A stretch of DNA of 61,989 nucleotides, filler included, from Platydemus manokwari (lineage: Eukaryota): the NCBI GenBank assembly GCA_037951405.1. It is 5 parts of 5 records of this genome, joined end to end, with 100 filler letters (N's around TTAATTAATTAA, not from the genome) between each part and the next. Parts side by side here need not be neighbours in the genome. Positions count along the whole stretch, not along the records: positions 1 to 20,542 come from JBBMOY011533633.1; 4 more parts are not named here. The stretch is one strand, 5' to 3'. The position numbers were made by a program, and so were the translations under genes. Every line of letters begins with the position of its first letter. The first letter of the stretch is position 1. Positions 1 through 11,586 of this stretch are shown piece by piece. The notes below the pieces were generated by a model that made no database searches, was not told where the DNA came from, and was given only the letters and a program-made list of their open reading frames with translations.

Positions 1-311
1 AATTTCACTAAAACTCTGATATTTAAGGATCAATTTAATATTTTTATAAATGTAATATATAATTAATCCAAATTTAAATAGATGACATCATATCAAAAAT
101 AACTGATCAATATCTACATACGTAGATTGATAAAATCGTCGAAAAGACTTTATTAATCTTTTGTTAAATATTAAAATATAATTTACTAATATTATAAATT
201 TTGTGAATTGAAATACACTATTTTCCATGTTCGAATTTAAAATTAATTTAAATTCAATATTATGAAAAAAATTATTGCTTAACTATTGAATCATTATTCT
301 ATTTATAAGCC

Positions 312-575
312 ATGGGACAAAATACTTTCTACATTTCTAATTCAAACGACAATGGATATATGAGAAGCTGCTTATCTTCTCCATTACCGATATATCTCCT
401 GCAAAATTATCCACAAGATAGCTTCGGCCAACCATATTCATTTAAACAAAATGGTAATTTTCAATTTAACAAAAACCAAGCTAAAGTATTTTCAGGAATG
501 CTAGTAATGAACCCTTCGATACCTGATCAATCCAACATACACACTTATCATTCTTGTGTAGTAAATCCAGTATAA
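312..575 (+). CDS. Possible terminal coding exon of an unidentified gene entering from the left edge
   Basis: 87-codon ORF, less AT-rich than its flanks. It is preceded by an acceptor-like tttataag (ending 309) and followed by AATAAA near 594 and 628. No recognisable domain. Confidence 0.3.
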   Translation: MGQNTFYISNSNDNGYMRSCLSSPLPIYLLQNYPQDSFGQPYSFKQNGNFQFNKNQAKVFSGMLVMNPSIPDQSNIHTYHSCVVNPV

Positions 576-695
576 CAGCCAAACAGATGAAAAAATAAAG
601 ACTCGTTTCAAAAACATTTTTGGCTCAAATAAAAAAAAGATACTTTCTGACTGTTTTATTTTAACTAGAGTAAATACAATTAGATAAATGATACA

Positions 696-2352
696 TTAAT
701 TAGAATCCATGGCTTCATCATTATTCATCGCCGATGCTTCATTATCATTTGACCTTTCTTCGGCATCGCTACCACCAGATTTCAAAGATTCTCTTTCACA
801 AGGAGAATTTGATCTACTTTTAGTATTGCTTCTGCTTCTTGACAGGCTGCGATCTCGTTCTCTCGATAAAGATTTTGATTTCACAGAATCATCTTTAACT
901 TTTTCCATTGATCTTGATCTACTTCTTGATTTAGATTGTCTTTCATCTTCACCAGCCCATTTCTAAAACAGACAATAACTACACATCAGAAAAACAATTA
1001 GAATACCTGAACAGGACTTTTCGATTTAGAGTAAGATTTCGGGCTTCTAGATTTTTTACTATGGGATCTTTTTACACTTATTGACCTTCTGCGACTATCC
1101 GAACGTCTTCGGCTGGATGATCTGCGTCGACTTCTTGATCGCTTTCTGCTGGATTTGCTTCTCGATCGACTTCTGGATTTACTCACAGACCTTTTAGATC
1201 TACTACTGCTTCGGCGACGATGAGAAGACCTGGAACGACTTCTAGACTTTCTCTTGGATCCTCCACCGCGATCTTCATAAACTTTCAATTTGTAACCATA
1301 TAATTCGTATCCATCATATTTTTCAATAGCAGATTTCATATCAGAGCTATTGGAAAACTCGACAACGCTAAAAATATGAAATTACATAAATTTAATATAA
1401 AATAAAAATTACCCTTGGTTAGGTCTCAATTTGTGTGCGTCTGCGAAAGTTACTTCGCCAACTTTTCGCATTAGATCTTTCAAGTCCTAAATAAAAAGAA
1501 GATAAAATTGGCCGCGCAGTCCTCCTATCATGTCATAATTCCCAATAAAGTCATCCACGGACCATTAGAGAGCGTCAGTTAAGTGAAATCTGGAGTCAAA
1601 TAAAGCTAATCTTTAGGCTACTGAAATCTTACTGGATCATTTTCATCCACGATCCAATTGCACTCTAATGATCACCTCAATAGGCCCTCCATATAATAAA
1701 GCAACAAAACCACATTTAATCGTCAATTCGCCACCCACTAAATAGTGATTGAGATGCGACCACTGCATTGATGCTAATTTAGAAAATTTTTTTGATAATT
1801 AATTTAGTATTTTAATATTTAATAATGCTTAATCTTTATTATTATTATTTGTTTAATAACTCGTCTTAACTGAACCCTATCTTATGTCTTAAATAATTTT
1901 CTTGAAACTTACTTGCCAACTGACTCTGGATGATAAGTCATCCACAATTATTCTATGCTCTGATCTAATAGGCTTCCTTGAATTGTAGCTGAATATAATA
2001 TAATAATAAAACACACTAATATATAAAGTTAGTATTACCGATCCCGAGATTCTCTGTTATCATATCGATTATTTCTATCTTGACCACGTCCGCCTCTATC
2101 TCCACCACTTCCTCTGTCACCACCAAATCTTGCATTAGAACGGGCCATCTCAACAGTCACTCGATCTCCGTGCAATTTTGTTCCATCCAAATCGTGAATG
2201 GCATCTTCCGCATCTCTTCGATCATCTATTTCCACAAATCCGTAACCATTTTTAATGTCAACACTGCGAATACGTCCGTATTCCCTAAAGAACTTTTTAA
2301 TGTCCCTTTCTTCAACTCTTCTAGGTAAGTTTCCGATATATAAACGTGGCAT
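696..2352 (-). CDS. SRSF4/5/6: Serine/arginine-rich splicing factor, SRSF4/5/6 (SRp55/B52) family; 5 coding exons, 363 aa
   Basis: Exons 2352-2039, 1988-1913, 1486-1413, 1367-1007 and 962-696 join in frame via GT-AG introns. RRM1: RLYIGNL...KNGYGFVE.DDRRDAEDAIHDLDG. Pseudo-RRM2: RIIVDDLSSRVSWQ|DLKDLMRKVGEVTFADAH...GVVEF. A long RS domain follows. A 47-nt 5'UTR intron (2399-2353) ends immediately before the ATG. Confidence 0.95.
1633..1773 (-). other. Candidate poison (PTC-containing) cassette exon in the SWQ|DLKD intron of the SR gene
   Basis: Acceptor ttttctaaattag|CAT at 1774/1773 and donor CCA|gtaaga at 1633/1632. The 141-nt exon reads HQCSGRISITI* (TAG 1740-1738) in the SR frame. It lies in a GC-richer block inside the only long (426 nt) intron. 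Confidence 0.55.
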
Positions 2353-3329
2353 CTACGATAAATAAACAAATAATTTTTCTGAACCAAAACTTTATTTACC
2401 TTAAAATGGCTGTTCCTAATTAATTAATATAACTAAATTTAAACAAACTTAAATTTTAAAATTAAAGTAAAAATTAATTAAATATTTTCTTTTCAAAAAT
2501 TAATTTAATTAAAAAAAGTTCAAACTCAACGTAAATGATCTAACTATAGTACATTTACGTATTTAAATTTCGTATTAAATGTATGAAAATATTCTAGGCT
2601 ATTTTGAATTATGGTCTTTGAATTAATAATAAGACTTTAATATTGACAAGCAATAAAAACGGTCATGTTAAAATGTAATATTGGGTTATGGCTATGAAAA
2701 ATCTCAAACTATGTTATATGTTCTTAGATTTTGTGTATTTTCGTTTTTATTTAAAAGTATTTGAGTTATCAAACTTCTTTAAATTAAATATTTGTCAAAT
2801 CGTATACCCATAATGTTTAAAATAATACGAAGAGATACAAAAATAAGTTATAGTTTGTTGAAATTAGAATACTCCTTGAATTTTTAACATTAGAATAATC
2901 TAATTTCTTCATAATTTCCTTGATTTTTTCGAAATTTATAAGTTGTTCCGCTCATTCAGTTTTATAACATAATTAGTTTTATCAAGATTGTTTTTGAAAT
3001 ATTTTGAAATATCAGGATAAAAGTAAATTATTCTTGGAGATGCTTGTAGTAATATTGGGATTTGGGTAAATGGGATAATTGATTTGTTAATTTTTTGATT
3101 ACTCAAAATAGAAAGCATAATTGTAATTATTTATTTAGCGGAAAATTTATTTCCGTAATTATTTTTTCTCTTTACTAAATCCACAAATATCAACTCAAAT
3201 ATGACTTACCGAGATTTCAATTACAACGGGACTGGTTATAAGTATTCTATTGTGTATTGCTAGCTGGTATCAATTACTTAAGGTTGTCAGTATATGCAAG
3301 GTAGGAGTCTTAAAAATATATTACTGAGA

Positions 3330-6300
3330 ATAGTAGAGATAAAGTTGATATATTTTCGAACTAATCCTATGAGTTAGAGTAATTTGTCGTTATGGAGGTC
3401 CCACCAATATTAATGGTATCGATATTGTTTTAATGTAAAGTTATTTGACATATTCAAAAGAAAGCGACCCACATTTCTTCAAGGTAAGAGTTTGGTGATA
3501 CGCAATTTTTCTACATGGCATAGGGGATTTTTAGGTCAATGATAAATATCTGGCATTTGTTTCTTATAATGAGATCGGTCAAGGATGATAAAGATTTCGG
3601 AAGGTGAATAGTTAATATCAATGTCGATTCCAAGATATCGTAGGTAGTTACCGCGAAGGTCAAGGACCATTGTTTGGTCTTTGACAGACATGCCAGGAAC
3701 AGCAAAGCACTAAGAGAAAACATTACCATCGGTTTCAATTTCAGTGTTGCAGCATTACAGAGTAAAGATTTTTCAGTTCCTATATGAAATAAAAAATATG
3801 TAAATAAAAGAAAATTATTACAGGTTCTTTGAGTAAAAATTAATACTTCAGGCACGACTATGAGACTTAGGAAACATTCCGAAGTCTGTCTTCCTTTTTG
3901 AAGGTTATCCATTTATAAAAGAGGTGTATTTAGATGAAGTCATGAAGAATTTCACAGCTTCAAATGGTTAATAATCGAGAAGAAATAAGTTATATCGGAG
4001 TTGACCGTAACTTTAGATTGAATTTCGGAGTCATAGTTTTGAAAGTTGATGTCGATTTCATATTTTCGAGGTTTTCTGATAGATTATCTGATTTTTGTCC
4101 GCCAAATTAAGATAGTGAAGCGTTTGATTAGGGTGACTTCTCAGTGACCAGAGGAGCAAGTTGAAGTTTTGGTAGTGGAGATAATGATGTCTTATGTTGT
4201 GTTATAAAGACTATTTAAGACCTGAAAAATATGCGAAATTTCTGGTCTTGATTGATGAGAAAGCAAAAAGCATAGGTAATGCTTTGTATACAATAAACAA
4301 GTAGTGAAGGTACAAGAGCAAGTCCTCTGAGCTTCAGTGGATAATTTAAGAAGAGCCGATTTGAGAATTTTTCAACCACACATTCTGAAAACATTTTTAG
4401 AGAATAAGAGTATCTTTTGGTGTTGTCAATGAATATGGGGAAGCATGCCGAGGAGAAAGACGTTGTGTGGATCTGTTGAATTTGGAAATGGAAAGGTAAG
4501 GGTAAATTAAGGAAGATGCTATAAGTTTGAAATTTTTGTGATGGTTGCAAACTGGATTTGAAGATTATTTCAAAGTAGTCAATAGTGAACTTATAAGAAA
4601 CCTTACAAATTCCAGAATTAAAGACGGTTAAAAAACTCCTCCTCTTGGAGCAGAACCGGTTACCATCAAGATTTTTGAGCAACAAACTCTATAATAGGAA
4701 TAAAGCAATACGGTATATAATATAGATTAGTATTTTACAGGTATGGTCTTACTTTGGATCTTCCACCAAATGCCGGGCATATACAGGAATATTGGTTTTC
4801 TGCACTAGATGGTCTTCCACAGTGCGTGAAGTTGAAAATTAAATGATGAATCTTCTCCAATTGATGTGGCTTATAAATCGTCTATGAAATCGTGGTAGCG
4901 AAAATAATGGCAGTAAAATTGTGTTCGTGTAGATTGTGATTACTACCTTATATAGGTAGTGTGAATCACTCGCAGATATTCTCTGCGATTAAATCTAATG
5001 CCAGTGAATATTTATTATTTTTATCGATAGAATTTATTCACTGATGAGAGAAATTCTCTCTTAATAAATTTATTAGACAGAAAATATCTCTCGATTAAAT
5101 TTTATTATTTTATTCTGTGACATTATTTTCATGCCCGAAAATAGATGACAATTTATTTTTCGCTGTTAATTAGCGATATCTCATTACGTCTTGATATTTT
5201 ATTAATTTATTATTTCAGAGAATTTCAACGGGTTTGTACTGGGTGGGTTTATTAATATTATTTTACGTGTATATAAACAATAATTATTATAAATACCAAT
5301 ATTTCAAAGTATTTGTTGCTCAAAATTTTCAAAAATTGTCAAAAAAATACATGCTGATTAAATAAAAATTGATAGAATAAAAAATTAATACACATTTCAT
5401 ACGTATTGCCATGCAAATGTATACACATAATTGTTCCAATGTGAATTAATCGTTATGGATTAATTGTTGGGCCAGAATCCCAACAAGTAGGCAAAAAAGT
5501 GTCATTACCCGAAGGCAGTGATGTTTGAATTCACTGTAAATAGATATGAGTGAAATTTGTAATTCATAACAACAATATGAGTTAAGTGTGAAATAATTGA
5601 TGTTATGAAGTGATGTTGATAGGAAAGTGGTGATTCTATGGACCTTGAGATGGAATCTGAGAAAGAGGAAGCAGTAAGTTTTGTGCATAAGTTACATTTG
5701 GCTGTGCGATGGTATATAAATGTTATGAAATGGGAGTTTGTTGGGTAACCAGCGTATAGTTTTGCCGAAAGGAGAGCGTGAAGAACATCCAATGCCAGAG
5801 TCGGGAGTCGGGTTTAACTTTGTCACGGCCACTGGGTTTCTAAGCGAGTATGATGACATTTGGTAGTAGTTGTGATCCTGATAAGTCAGCGCTAGATGAA
5901 AGTGAGGTTTCTGCCGTTGTTATAATGTCAACAACGTTTTGGGAGCAATTAGTAAAATTTTTGTCTCTTTATTTAAGAATAAGTATAGAAATTTTTCTAC
6001 TTAGCAAGCAAGGATTGGATAATAGATTGAGTGGTATTTGAACATGACTTACAAGCGCATGTTAATAATGTGTATGTATACAAGAGTAAGTGAAATTTAT
6101 CATTTTTAAATGGAGTAAAGAAGCTATTACAGTTAGTTTTGTCATTATCAAGAACAATTGGTCAGTCGCGAAGCAATGTGAAAGGTCAAGTTTCAATTTT
6201 GGATGAATCGGTTTCAAAATATTTGGATATAGAAGTAGGAGATGGATTGGATTATAATTGCTTTTTAATCGATGGGCATTAAAAGAGAATGTAAAATTTC

Positions 6301-8450
6301 AATTACTGGAGTTGTTCAGTGTTGCAATCCATGATTTTTGTGTAGAGTGATATGGATTGAACGTTGAATAAGCATGAAGTGAGAAAAGTGTTGTAGTAAC
6401 TCTTGATATATTGTAGACATCTACATTGAAAGAGTGATAGTAAGAGGTGGTATTTAGGGTGTTTTTGGGGTTCTTTGAATGTGTAAATGAAGGTCATGGT
6501 GATTCAAGGCTAAACAAGTGATCAAGTGTCATTGAGTAGGTTTTACATGTCTCACATGTGCATGCTAAGTAATTTATTAATTTTGAAAATGTGACAAAGT
6601 TGGAGAATAGGTTACAATTCTTTGGTTTACAAGTCTTTTTGACAAGTCTTGTGAATTTTGTGGAGTAGTAGATAGTGAGAGGTTGGTAGTTTTGGACTTG
6701 GTTGTTAAATTGATTTGAAAAGAGAGGTTGTTTTGATGTTATATTAATGAAAGAGTTTGCATTGTGGCGTTTTTGAGATTGGTCAGCATTGTTTGGCATA
6801 GATTTAAAATGATGTACCTAAAAGTAGTGAGGTACACAATATTAAGTATTAATAATTTTTGTTGATTTGTTTTAAATGACGGCAAACAACTATCGAACGA
6901 ATTCAGAAATTGGAAAGAATTCATCTGAAATGGAAAATAGGTATAAGGTTATTAGGAAATTTTTCTTCAAGACTTGTTAAAGACCTAATGAGAAATAATT
7001 CCTACTAGACAAATAAACTCAACCACGAGGACCTATACCAATGTAACAAGTAAGAATATGTCTAAGAAAAGTTTTTGTAATGAAAGAGAAAAGAGAAAAG
7101 TGTCTGTAATCTCAAACTGATGTGTAAGGAGTTCCAAAAAATTATAGAGTCTAGAGAAGGCTGACAGATATATTTTCTCATAAAAATAATAAAAACACCA
7201 GTATAATGACTTATTAGCACTAAGAAATTGTTTGATTATATTCAAACTATTTATTTCTTGTTAGATACGTCTCGAAACATTGATCACAAATCTCAAAAAT
7301 TTCATGTTTGTATTAACCCAAAGGCCGACAATGTTAGAACTAAATAACTAAATAATTAAAATCCTCTAAAATTTTATATATTTGCAATTTCGGAAACTTC
7401 ATTAATAAACCCAAGTATATGTTTGTTACTTGTGGACAGATTCAGAATGGTGATAAATTTAGTATCAGCCAATAGATCAAACTTTATTCTCAATGAGTGG
7501 ATTTAAAGGTATAGTGCTGCAAAACTCATATTCACTATTGAATTTCAGTTTTTAAAGAAGAATAGATTAAAGAATTGTCCGAAAGTATTGATATAAGACA
7601 AAAATTTACCTTCAAATAACCGTAGTAAGCAAAGGAGTTAACTTAAATTGGGATATGATAGTAACAAAACTGGTATTATAGAAACAGTCCTGTTATAAAA
7701 TCATCTTTCAAAATAATTTAAAGCTCAATCATATATCCACTGTTCGACATTGCTTGAAAATAAATTTATATGTATGAGTGGCGGTTAAACGAATCAAAGT
7801 CTGATAATAAGATCATCAAGGAAATAACAATTTGAGGAAGTTTGAGGCAGAATGGAAAAGAAGCCGAATTTTGCTGTAAGATTAGGCTTTAATAAAGAAT
7901 AAACAACACAAGGTAACGAAAAACGAATTCTGATTTAAAGGTAATACAAGAGTTGAATAATGGAGAAAAACTTCAAAAGCAATATAATAGAGAATTTAGA
8001 CAATATCAATAGTTCATGACTATTGATGAATTTGTTTAGAATACTATATATTTTTATTATTGAAAAAGGACTGAAAGAAATCAAGTCTGTGTCGGTAAAA
8101 AAATCAAAGAAAAAATTACAAACATGAACTAGGAAATGATGCCCATATAGACATAATGAAAAAACATGACAGTCTTTATGAATATGAATTAATTTGTGTG
8201 TCATGATTAATCTGACACCAACACAGATGGTAAAGAAATGTCAAGTATCGGGCAATCAACAACAAATAACCAATAAAGGAAAATACCATGCAATGCATTG
8301 CGAAATGTTGATTATAAGTCCAGTCATCCCTGGAAAGCAATATAATAAATAATCTGCATTGTTATGATTTATAATGACTTTGTACCATAGATTTATGAAT
8401 CTAAAGGAGCTCCAGATTTTACTAGTTTTTCAGTAAATTGTTAATTCCAA
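3330..8450 (-). mobile_element. Degenerate REL-endonuclease non-LTR retrotransposon(s), R2/NeSL-like, interrupted by an LTR
   Basis: Frameshifted minus-strand motifs. CCHC knuckle LC.CCNTEIETDGNVFS*C at ~3710-3765. PD-(D/E)xK-like TDLIIRNKCQIFIIDLKIPY at ~3520-3580. WDLHNDKLL*LIG at ~3365-3405. RT-like remnants: LIHKD ~8170, QDC (cf. QGC) ~7690, LKFN ~7545, IYLG ~7415. Cys/His-rich segments at 6400-6570 may be the N-terminus of a second copy. Confidence 0.55.
4595..5485 (-). mobile_element. Truncated LTR, family A copy 1
   Basis: Reverse complement of ~50486-51350 (e.g. cactggcattagatttaatcgcagagaatatctgcgagtgattcacac; TATA-like ctatataagg). Begins TGTTGGGATTCTGGCCC at 5485; the 3' end is lost. 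Confidence 0.8.
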
Positions 8451-11400
8451 TAAGTACATGGGAGAATAATAAAATTTAAAATGTAAATCAATAATATAAT
8501 AAATAATTCGGCTGTAAATTACAATTGTGATTACAAGTTCTATTATAGTTGTTTATACAACAAATTCAATAAAGTAAAATAATTAAAATATTGAATATAA
8601 AAAGCAAAATAAGACAAACAACCAAGCAGGTATTATAAGTATTTTTAATTATGCTTGCTATTGTTTTTGGGATTCTGTTGTGATGGAACTATTTATTATC
8701 GGGAATAATATCTTATGGCCGTGCCCGTAAGAGACCTAATTTGCTGAATAGTTTAAAGATGGTTAAGTGTAATATATCGGCAACCACAGAATTGTCGCTA
8801 AGTTTTAGACTGATTTTATAAAGTTATTTATACTTTAGTTGAACTGGATTCAAGTTTAAGTTCGTAGGGTGTAATTAGTAAATGATAATTAAAATATAAG
8901 TTATAAAAATTTTTATAGAAAAATAAATAAAATTTTATTCAGGATGTTGACATTGGATGTCGTAATAATGATTCACTCAAATGATTTCTTAATAAGTTCT
9001 GGTTTGATCACAATATTTAATTTAAAAGGAATTTCGCAGTAGGCTTTTTAAGATATGAAGGACTGTTTTTCTATAATGATATTTAGTGTAAATTAATTTC
9101 TGTAACCGGTTTCCGAAATAAGATCAACTAATGTGAAATAGCACTGGTTAAATAGTGTTGATTGGATTGTAAATTTCAAATTTCTTCTAAATTGACCTAT
9201 CAGTATCTAGTTTTTATACTAATGTTGCGATTTTTATTAATTTGCCAAGCTGGTTAAGTCTGTTGGAATTTATTTAATCGAAGTGAGTTACGTTCTATTA
9301 ATTCACTGAGTATGTCAAGTTTAATTAAATCCGTATCCAGTTACACGATTATGTTGATTTTTCTTAAGTGTGTCTTTCAATTTGCCAGAGACATTAAAGT
9401 AGCTTCATTTATTACGAAATCTTATTTATAAACGCTTATTTTTTATACATTCGAATTCCTTGTGGTACAATACAGCTCTAATATCACGGCGTAAAAAACT
9501 ATATAAAAAACTTATCTTAGAAGTTGAAGTGCATGCGGGTAAACAACAAAATTATTTACTTTTCTATATTTCATTATCGTATATGTATAATATATTTTAC
9601 TTTTATAATGTCTTGGTTTTTGAATCATAAAATTAGATAATTAATATTTGTTAAATACTGCCATCTCAGGCTAGATATCATTCATCATTATAGTTAATAA
9701 TATTATTGTTAATAGTTCAATGTCATTTCATCACCTTTTGGATGTAATATGAATTTTGTCAATGTTAAAAATCAGTTGTTAACAATTTAATCATAACAAT
9801 AAAATTGAGTAGTAACGGTACCGACCAAGAACAAATCGAAAGTTATAGGATATAGCTTATAAAATAATCATTAACCCCGATCGTGTAACCTTTACACCAC
9901 CACGCATTGCGAGGCTAAAGAATATCAAAATAATAAGTTTACCACACCTGATGCCTTTAATTGAACTCGAGGCTGACTAAGACGTTAATAACTTCAATAA
10001 GAAATTCATCACTAAATAGAATTATTATAATTATATTGAGTAAAAATTAAATAAAGCACGAACGTAACATCTGTAGAATTATCTACACGAATTATTTATA
10101 GATAAAAAATAAAAAGATGATAATACAGTATAGAACATGAAGAAAGATATTATTCAGAAGAATTGATTAAAAAGAAAAGTGCTTGTTTAATAATATATAA
10201 AAATAATATGAAATAATATTTTACAATTAAATCAATCGTTAGAAAAATGAATTTGCTAAAATAACTGACAATATTCAAAACATTTCAAAAATAAACAAAG
10301 TTAAATTAAAACATTTTTATGTAACTCACAGTAATAAATAAAATAAGATGAAAAATGTGCTTATTTTGGTACGTAAAATAAGTGTAAATAATGAGATCTT
10401 TCCACAGCAAGATAAGACAAATATTTACTATTAAAAAATTTTAATATGCCCAGAGAGTAAAATTAGAAAATACATTTGTGAAACTGATTTGAAACGAGTG
10501 AGAGAAATGTCACTGAAAATCGAAACAGAAATCATCATCAACGGTAATACCTGAATCTTTATACTTCAGAGAGTCTAACTTTGTATATTATGCAGTTCAT
10601 ATATTTAAAATCTAATTGAAAGACACCAAAGCTCTTGCACTCTCTCCACGAAAGCTTAATGATTTTTGTAAATTGAATAATTTGATTTAAAATAATTGTA
10701 CTTGTTTTTCGGATTGAATAAATAATTCTAGAACTATTATGTATGTTTTTTCTTAAAATAAATCGAGATTGATCATTTAAGAAATTTTTTTAATATTGTT
10801 AGTTTCCGAATTTATCAATTAAATAGAAGGTTATAGAAATTATTATTTTATATTTAATAACATGCCAAAATAGAACATGTGGAACAAAACGATATTATTC
10901 AAATAACTTCTCGGGGACATAAGATAACAACTAAGTAGAAGTCATAAAATATTTATTGGATTTTAAACATTTTATGAAGACAATTAATAATTTGAGGCTG
11001 TTGACGTCAATAAATCAGAACTGGTGCATATATTGATATCAAAAATAATGATTATCGATGTAACCCTATCATTTCTCAAAACAATGGCAAATATAAAAAT
11101 AATGTATATTAAATCACATAATTTTTGATAAATTTCCACAGATATATTGGTCAGATTAATTTCGAAAACACCGAATTTGATTCTAAATTTGAGAAAAACA
11201 TGGGTTAATAGTATAAAATATTTCATTTTTATGCTTCTTTTAAAATATAAATAAGTATTACGAGCATAATCGTCGAAGGTTAATTGATTTTTAATGAAAT
11301 ATAAATTAAATAATCTAAAATCAAAATTCAACGACGTTTTACAGATTCAGTGACATAATGGTCATTGTTAGCAAATTTATTAGCTATATTGTTTCAACTG

Positions 11401-11586
11401 AAAATTTCCAAAGGTTATTCGAATGTACTTATTTATTAATAGAATAATAGAAGTATTTTCACTTAGTTTCCTAGTCTTGATATCTTACTGTATTATATTT
11501 ATTAAAGTTGTTTAAATAAGTGTTGTAAGCAATTTTATTTTAGAATACTTTTATATTATTGTAATTTTCAACGAAGATATCAATTT

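Noticed and set aside
709-966. + strand ORFs 709-966 and 2080-2328
   Set aside because: Antisense shadows of the SR gene exons.
10984-11331. 115-aa minus-strand ORF and the many other 60-100 aa F/I/L/K/N-rich ORFs
   Set aside because: Composition expected from random AT-rich DNA; no motifs or splice support.
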